Source: an uncultured archaeon
Lineage (GTDB): Archaea; Asgardarchaeota; Thorarchaeia; Thorarchaeales; Thorarchaeaceae
Assembly: GCA_964458565.1 (NCBI GenBank)
Contig: CAYWJO010000070.1
Span: forward strand, 1-11,873
Direction of reading: 5' to 3'
Length of the DNA stretch: 11,873 bases
Part shown: piece after piece, positions 6,134-11,873 of the stretch
How the letters are laid out: each line of letters begins with the position of its first letter
How positions within the stretch are numbered: the first letter of the stretch is position 1
The notes under the pieces: model-generated
What the model saw: only the letters and a program-made list of their open reading frames with translations
The model's database searches: none
Told to the model about the DNA's origin: nothing
Program-made: the position numbers and the translations under genes

Positions 6134-9100
6134 CTAAATTTGAGATGTTGCGTTCTTTCTGTTTTCTTCGGCGCTCAGGTATCTTCTCCCGTTCTTCTTC
6201 CAGTGCCTTACTGATTTCTGGACTTACAGGTTTAGCAGTAGTTGTGGTGTTTCCTCTGAAGTACTTTCGACCTACAGCAACAAAGAGTGTTGAGAAGAAA
6301 ACACCTCCCAAGAGAAGGGTTAGTGGTAGATAGTCAGGTGGAAGCACGACATCAACATTACTCATTGATCCATAGTAATATTCGTTCTCACTGACTATAA
6401 TCTGAATTGGACCATCATCTGGAGCGACGAACAGTTGAACATAGCCTTCGCTGTTACTAACTTCAGTTCCAATAAGTTTGCCATCCTTTGTTCGATAGTA
6501 TTCTACAGGGATGTCCTCTATAGGAGTACCTTCGTCATCGGTTATGCATGCGAGAACATATCCCTGATCCATTGTAGTAGTATCTACATCGAGAATCAGG
6601 ATTTCTCTATCAATGATAAGATCCCCACGGACATAATCGGGGTTTTGATAATAGTACGACTCGGTCATTGGTGCAAGCATTCGCACATCGTATGTTCCAG
6701 TGGGTAGAGATGGAATCCATAAAATACTCACACATCCAGACTCATTGGATATTCCAGAGCCAATACTGATCCATCCACCATCCCATAGCTCAAGGTATAT
6801 GGAATATCCTGAAACAGGTTCACCATCGTCTGTAAGTAGATGTGCTGTCAGTATTCCTTGGTCACTGTACGTGAAGTTTCTTGCTGAATCCATAATTATC
6901 TGAGTTGTTTCCTTCTCTGAAGTGGTGTAGAAGTAACACTCGGTCCGTGCGTAATAGTCAGATAATGCAGTTTCTGTCTTTAGATAGATATCCCCTACTA
7001 TATTGCAAGTCCATTGGATACTACCCCATCCATAGGTATCAGTTCTTACAGTGTCAATGTAGATCCATGTTATATTGTCTTCAGAGGAATAGAAATGAAC
7101 ATCGAGTTCCAGTCCTTCATAGAATGATTCGTCATTTAGTGAATTCATCTGTAGATTACATGTTGTTAAATCACTGTATGTCATCGGGAACAATTGAATT
7201 TCGGTTGCAAGAACATGAACTATATCCATCGGGAACTTAACAATCAAATTTTCATATACATCGTCCCCATGGATTTCGAGTATCATATAGCATTCAAAAT
7301 CATCCTGAGTCAATCTACCATCGCCATCTAGGTCCCATTGTAGATTCCATGTAGAGATGTGTTCACCTTGCGTGATATTCCAGGTACCCAAGTGGTTTCT
7401 GGGTTCACCATATTCCGCATCCAATGTCCACCAAAGGTCGTAGGTAAGATCTATAGGATAGTCATGAATGTAGGTGACTGATTGATAGATACCTTGGAAA
7501 TCTGAGTCATATACATTGTATAGATGAAGTGATGACTCGGAAGCAGCAACCAGATAGGCTGGAAGCTCTGTGTTATATGTGATTTCTCGGGCATTTGCGA
7601 CAAGTCCAGAAACATAACCACTACATGGCTCATAATTATTGATTCCATCATAGCTCACTAGAATACTATAATCCCCAGCAACAAGAGGAGAGTAGGTGAG
7701 TGTTGTATTTGCAGATTCCCCACAATAGAGAGTATATTGTTCATCTTCAATTGATATGTTTACAGTACCTGATATTGCTCTACCTTGGCTATCACTCAAC
7801 CACATATCAATGACAAACGCTTGTGGATCGTATTCTGTGCTAACAAGAACAGTGTCTACAATAGGTATAAGATTCAGGATTGTATCTTCCTTTACCCACT
7901 CTGCATAAGTTGCATCGTTCTCTGATATCGTATCAATACCCAGAATTCCTCCAAACACCATATCAACTGTATAACCATGTCTGCATTTGATGTGATGGAC
8001 AAAAGTACTGTAATTAAGAATGCAAGTACCATCAAAGCGGCACAAATCATATTCATAATAGGCAATCACTCGGATACCTGATGCATTCTCTCCCAGTTTC
8101 AATGTGTGAGTATAGGGATCCGTGATGGTTATGATTATCGAATCCCAAATACACCATGTCGAGTCGTCAGTCATTACGAATGTTATTTCATAAGTATCAT
8201 CGCCAAGTACTTCCACAGAATATCCATGTTTTCCTGATTCACTATATGCAAAGCAGGTATCATTCAAGAGAGCTGTGCCATCATAAAGTTCTCCTGAATA
8301 GGCATAAGTGACAGAATAAGAGATCCCCGATGCATTCTCGCCTATGTTGATTCGTTGAATGGGAGTGTCAGTGAAGTTGATTATTAGACCATCCCATATT
8401 ATTGTACAGGGCTGCATGTTCTGATTAACAGAGGTGATACCAATAGGATTGTATTCAATCTCTAAATGGTCAAAAGTCAAAGAGCCAACATCATTCAAGA
8501 TTACATCAGAGCTCTGCCAGATTCCAGATGAACCGGAGTATGTCAACTCGTATCCACTTAGATTGATAGTGCCAGTCGTAAACCAACTACCAGCTTCCTC
8601 ATATTGGAGCTGAACCTGCAGATAGGTAGGGTTTCCGACATTCACATGACTATCGATTACTTCAATTGAGCTGATTAATACATTATCCCAGATGACAGTC
8701 ACTTCAGGGTCAGTTGTGACTAGAGTGACTCCTTCAGGTGTATTCACACTGATGCTGTCAAAGATTTTCGTGGAAGGTAGAGGGTTACCAAGTAAATCAG
8801 TATCTGTAGAAACATCTGCTTCCCATCGCGCATTTCCTAGATTATAAGTCATTGACACGCCCTCCCATGAGAGTGTACCAGTGGTGATTTCTGCATTATC
8901 TGAATAATATTGAAGCTGTGTGTAGATTGTTACAGTATCTTCTATATCAACCCAGTCTGCTGTAACACCGTAATCAGTTGCAATAACAGAATCAACAGTA
9001 GTCTCAAGTTTTTCCGTGGTGAGTAAGACAGAACCACCAAAGCTATCTGTTGCAATCTCTACTTGAAATCGATTGAGTGTTCCGATTGACCCAGCTGTTG

Positions 9101-10370
9101 GGCAAGTGAACTGCAATTCTCCATTATCCAGAAGCTCGTAGTCGTTCCAGACTGGTGAGATAGGTAAGGTTCTATCAACTCGAGCATAGATTCCTCCAGC
9201 ACGTACGCCAGATGTTGATGAAGCATATTTCACAATACCTTCAACAACAATACTAGAACCTGGATCACATCGCTCCTGTGTATATGATGTAAAAGACTCC
9301 CAGGCAAGTTGTGTATGAATATCTACATCCCAATCCAATTCATCCTTCCAAATTATATCGGATGTGAATATATCAGAATCTGTAGATGAGGTTGCGATGA
9401 CTCTCCAATCCACATTGTTCTCTTCTGGATGGAAATATGTGATTCGGACTGCAAACCAAACAGATCGTGAAGATGGTTGTGTGTTTACTTGACATTCAGA
9501 TGGAACTATTTCAATCCAAGAGTTATCAGGGGATTCATCATTCGCACTGAACTCCAAGTCATCCATTATCACAGACCAAAGTTTGTTTCCATTTGATTCC
9601 TTCAAGCATTGGAGTTCTATTCTTGTTATTGTACTACCACCATCAGAATCATATGCTCCACAACGGAATTTGTAAAAATCAGAACCAAGTTGTCCTTTAC
9701 CTGCATAGAGGTTGTCATTATCATAAAGAGCTGATACTTCGATGAATTGATTCACGAACGTATATGTATCGGAGAAACGCAACCTGATATAATCAAACAG
9801 CCATACACTATGTGAACCATCTCCTGCTGATTCCCAACTGTCCTTGACTCTAAGATAGATTGAGTCATGCCCTTGTACATCAATAGGCCAAGATTTCTGA
9901 ACTGATGATGTTTCATCTATTTCGAGAGTTCCGAGCAATGTATCTGTAGTAGTATCTGATAGTCCCCAGTAGAATTCGAGTGGTTCGGGACTGTAATCGC
10001 AATACCCCTCAATCTGTATCTCATAATTTTGGTATGTAGACCATGAATCACAAGGAATAATGAATGTATATTCAAACCGTTTTGACAGAATGACTGTTGC
10101 TTCACTTAATGATGCATACGATCCATCATCACTCTGCAGGTTCGTTAGACTAAAGCCGGATTGACCACTATACTTACCATCAATATATCCATACAGCCAA
10201 GAGGATACTTGACTAACATAAGAAAACTCCTCAACTTCGCTTAATTTTGAAGCTGGTTGAACAATGGATGGTGACTTGTCACTTTCAGAGGAGAGGTTTC
10301 CTGTTGAGATGAGGAGTGGTAAAAATAAGACTGATACAAACAGGAGAATCATTATTTTCTTTGTCTTCAT
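6108..10370 (-). CDS. Large secreted, C-terminally membrane-anchored surface protein with tandem Ig-like/beta-rich repeats (about 1,420 aa)
   Basis: ORF track gives 6108..10382 (GTG). ATG at 10370 has GAGGTG 9 nt upstream and gives the signal peptide MKTKKIMILLFVSVLFLPLLI. Acidic and S/T/D/Y-rich, with internal repeats. TM helix YLPLTLLLGGVFFSTLFVAVG is followed by a charged tail of about 50 aa. Confidence 0.9.
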   Translation of the reverse strand: MKTKKIMILLFVSVLFLPLLISTGNLSSESDKSPSIVQPASKLSEVEEFSYVSQVSSWLYGYIDGKYSGQSGFSLTNLQSDDGSYASLSEATVILSKRFEYTFIIPCDSWSTYQNYEIQIEGYCDYSPEPLEFYWGLSDTTTDTLLGTLEIDETSSVQKSWPIDVQGHDSIYLRVKDSWESAGDGSHSVWLFDYIRLRFSDTYTFVNQFIEVSALYDNDNLYAGKGQLGSDFYKFRCGAYDSDGGSTITRIELQCLKESNGNKLWSVIMDDLEFSANDESPDNSWIEIVPSECQVNTQPSSRSVWFAVRITYFHPEENNVDWRVIATSSTDSDIFTSDIIWKDELDWDVDIHTQLAWESFTSYTQERCDPGSSIVVEGIVKYASSTSGVRAGGIYARVDRTLPISPVWNDYELLDNGELQFTCPTAGSIGTLNRFQVEIATDSFGGSVLLTTEKLETTVDSVIATDYGVTADWVDIEDTVTIYTQLQYYSDNAEITTGTLSWEGVSMTYNLGNARWEADVSTDTDLLGNPLPSTKIFDSISVNTPEGVTLVTTDPEVTVIWDNVLISSIEVIDSHVNVGNPTYLQVQLQYEEAGSWFTTGTINLSGYELTYSGSSGIWQSSDVILNDVGSLTFDHLEIEYNPIGITSVNQNMQPCTIIWDGLIINFTDTPIQRINIGENASGISYSVTYAYSGELYDGTALLNDTCFAYSESGKHGYSVEVLGDDTYEITFVMTDDSTWCIWDSIIITITDPYTHTLKLGENASGIRVIAYYEYDLCRFDGTCILNYSTFVHHIKCRHGYTVDMVFGGILGIDTISENDATYAEWVKEDTILNLIPIVDTVLVSTEYDPQAFVIDMWLSDSQGRAISGTVNISIEDEQYTLYCGESANTTLTYSPLVAGDYSILVSYDGINNYEPCSGYVSGLVANAREITYNTELPAYLVAASESSLHLYNVYDSDFQGIYQSVTYIHDYPIDLTYDLWWTLDAEYGEPRNHLGTWNITQGEHISTWNLQWDLDGDGRLTQDDFECYMILEIHGDDVYENLIVKFPMDIVHVLATEIQLFPMTYSDLTTCNLQMNSLNDESFYEGLELDVHFYSSEDNITWIYIDTVRTDTYGWGSIQWTCNIVGDIYLKTETALSDYYARTECYFYTTSEKETTQIIMDSARNFTYSDQGILTAHLLTDDGEPVSGYSIYLELWDGGWISIGSGISNESGCVSILWIPSLPTGTYDVRMLAPMTESYYYQNPDYVRGDLIIDREILILDVDTTTMDQGYVLACITDDEGTPIEDIPVEYYRTKDGKLIGTEVSNSEGYVQLFVAPDDGPIQIIVSENEYYYGSMSNVDVVLPPDYLPLTLLLGGVFFSTLFVAVGRKYFRGNTTTTAKPVSPEISKALEEEREKIPERRRKQKERNISNLDGSSESDD

Positions 10371-10657
10371 CTGCACATACACCTCGCTAGACTATCGCCA
10401 CCTATGGTACGGTCTCTACTTGATGTGATGTCATCCTGATGCCTAATGTACTCCACTGGAACCCCTAGTATCAACATACAGAATGTGCTCTCCTACTATA
10501 ATCATATTTCACACTCTATTTTGGATTTATGAAAAACAAGAATTGAACCAAATATTCCTTTTCTGAGTAGAAAAAGGACTATAAACGCTCCCCCGCGAGT
10601 TAATAGACATAATAAATTAAATCCACATCATTTTAGCAATTAAATGTAAGAAATCAC

Positions 10658-10680
10658 TCATATTTGTGTCCCAAATGTGA
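10658..10680. other. Short inverted repeat (terminator or operator candidate)
   Basis: TCATATTTG-TGTCC-CAAATGTGA, about 30 nt downstream of the 10713..11711 stop. A second imperfect IR, TCCTTTTCT-GAGT-AGAAAAAGGA, lies at 10556-10578. Confidence 0.3.
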
Positions 10681-10712
10681 TAGTCTTGTGGGATTCTCAA
10701 TCAAATCTAAAC

Positions 10713-11711
10713 CTATTTTTCAAGATTTGATGTACCAGATTTGATATTATGCTCAATCTGTTCTATGACATGATGCAAGACCTTTCGTGCTGCAGGATAT
10801 TTCCTTAGAAATTCTGAGAATTTGGCAGAGAAGATATTAATTCTCTGTAACTCTTCTGTTGAATTAAGATAGAAAATCAATATTATTCGGCACAATCTAC
10901 TGAAATTCTGAGAGTAAACTTTGAATTCAACAAAATCTATTTTCTTGCCAAGTAAGATGTCAATATCGTCTTCAAACATAGCACCTTTAATGTAGGTACC
11001 CTCATGAAGACTATGAGAATAGGAAGAAAGAGATATCCACCATTCTGAATACAATCCATTTACCACCTCTTCAATTGGATTATCGAATATACCCCATTCG
11101 CCAATTTGTTCGAGCATTGTTTTGACCTTTGGAACCCGAAGAGGAGGTGTAGATGTCAACGCTGTCTTTGTGATTGCTGCTTCCAAGTTGAGAGGAATTA
11201 TTGATTCATCGTTTATGCTTTCAATTGCTTCTTCCACTAAATCAGAAAATGTATCCTTATTTCGACCAATCAAGATTCTAGCAATAACCATTGCCTTATC
11301 ACGATACTCCTTTTGAGCAAGATAATGATAGAAAACTCCTGTAATTATGCTTTCCAAGGTTGGACGGAGTAGAACATTTGCACTAACAGTTCTTCCTTCT
11401 AAACCAAGAATCATGGAATCGAACAGTAAATTCAAGGTTTCAATGAGTCGAGCCCATAGTCCTGACCATTTTTTTATGTAGGATTGAAAGAAAGGAGTAT
11501 TTTTTCCATATTGTTCCGAGGCAGAAAAGGTAATCAGTTCAGTGATTAGCAAAGTATACCAGTATGATTCTATTACAGATTCACATTCATCACTAACTGA
11601 ATCTAACAACTGTGTCTGTCTTTTTTGGGAAATTTTTCTCATTTGTTGAAGATAATCTCTAACATCACCATTATACAGTGGTATATGCACCTCTTCGTCC
11701 ATGAAAATCAA
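10713..11711 (-). CDS. Hypothetical helical protein, DUF5677/HEPN-like (332 aa; start may be ATG 11702)
   Basis: SANVLLRPTLES (R-x3-E) and WISLSSYSH (LS-x3-H) motifs resemble DUF5677/HEPN-related proteins. AT-rich standalone gene. Family call is from motif recall only. Confidence 0.65.
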   Translation of the reverse strand: MIFMDEEVHIPLYNGDVRDYLQQMRKISQKRQTQLLDSVSDECESVIESYWYTLLITELITFSASEQYGKNTPFFQSYIKKWSGLWARLIETLNLLFDSMILGLEGRTVSANVLLRPTLESIITGVFYHYLAQKEYRDKAMVIARILIGRNKDTFSDLVEEAIESINDESIIPLNLEAAITKTALTSTPPLRVPKVKTMLEQIGEWGIFDNPIEEVVNGLYSEWWISLSSYSHSLHEGTYIKGAMFEDDIDILLGKKIDFVEFKVYSQNFSRLCRIILIFYLNSTEELQRINIFSAKFSEFLRKYPAARKVLHHVIEQIEHNIKSGTSNLEK

Positions 11712-11820
11712 CCACAGTTTCTAATTGGAATTATCCCTATAAAAGAAATCGACAATGTTGTTATATGAATTCATAGACTTGGAAAATTAATAATTAATAT
11801 TCCGGATAAAAAGTACAAGC

Positions 11821-11873
11821 ATGGCGACGGGCTCCAGATCTGGGCTCGATTCGAGCCTGGTACTACGGGGTCA
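11821..11873. other. GC-rich palindromic segment truncated by the window end (unidentified)
   Basis: 33/53 GC versus 14/60 in the preceding 60 nt. Contains the dyads CCAGATCTGG and GGCTCGA-T-TCGAGCC. Confidence 0.3.

Noticed and set aside
4465-11316. Remaining short ORFs nested in or antisense to the operon and the 332-aa gene
   Set aside because: They are fully overlapped by long, motif-bearing CDSs and show typical shadow composition.
11821-11873. tRNA (including tRNA-Sec) or 5S rRNA 3' end
   Set aside because: It ends in GCCA on the minus strand, but no T-stem with a TTC loop can be formed at the right spacing. The 5S resemblance is limited to AGTAC.

Overview
Archaeal DNA, probably Asgard/Thorarchaeota-like. 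That assignment is an inference from GGTG-type RBSs, TTG starts, an RPA32-like gene, a single-domain KaiC/RAD55 ATPase and a giant acidic Ig-repeat surface protein. Left to right: (1) a minus-strand pair, an RPA32-like OB-fold ssDNA-binding gene and an acidic hypothetical; (2) two AT-rich plus-strand accessory genes, a multi-zinc-finger protein and an atypical HNH nuclease; (3) a tightly coupled minus-strand four-gene operon (1,420-aa membrane-anchored surface protein, Lrp/AsnC-type HTH, degenerate KaiC-like protein, KaiC/RAD55 ATPase); (4) a DUF5677/HEPN-like hypothetical; (5) a GC-rich, palindromic 53-nt stretch cut by the window end. The most notable feature is a direct repeat at 1152-bp spacing (1661-1756 vs 2813-2908, 91/96 identical, with weaker similarity to about 1795/2945). 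It duplicates the first 11 codons, RBS, structured 5' leader and promoter of the RPA gene and brackets exactly one gene. The inner edge of the repeat sits on a 7-7-7 dyad resembling a tyrosine-recombinase core site. This suggests an integrase-less 1.15-kb cassette that has swapped the RPA promoter/operator.
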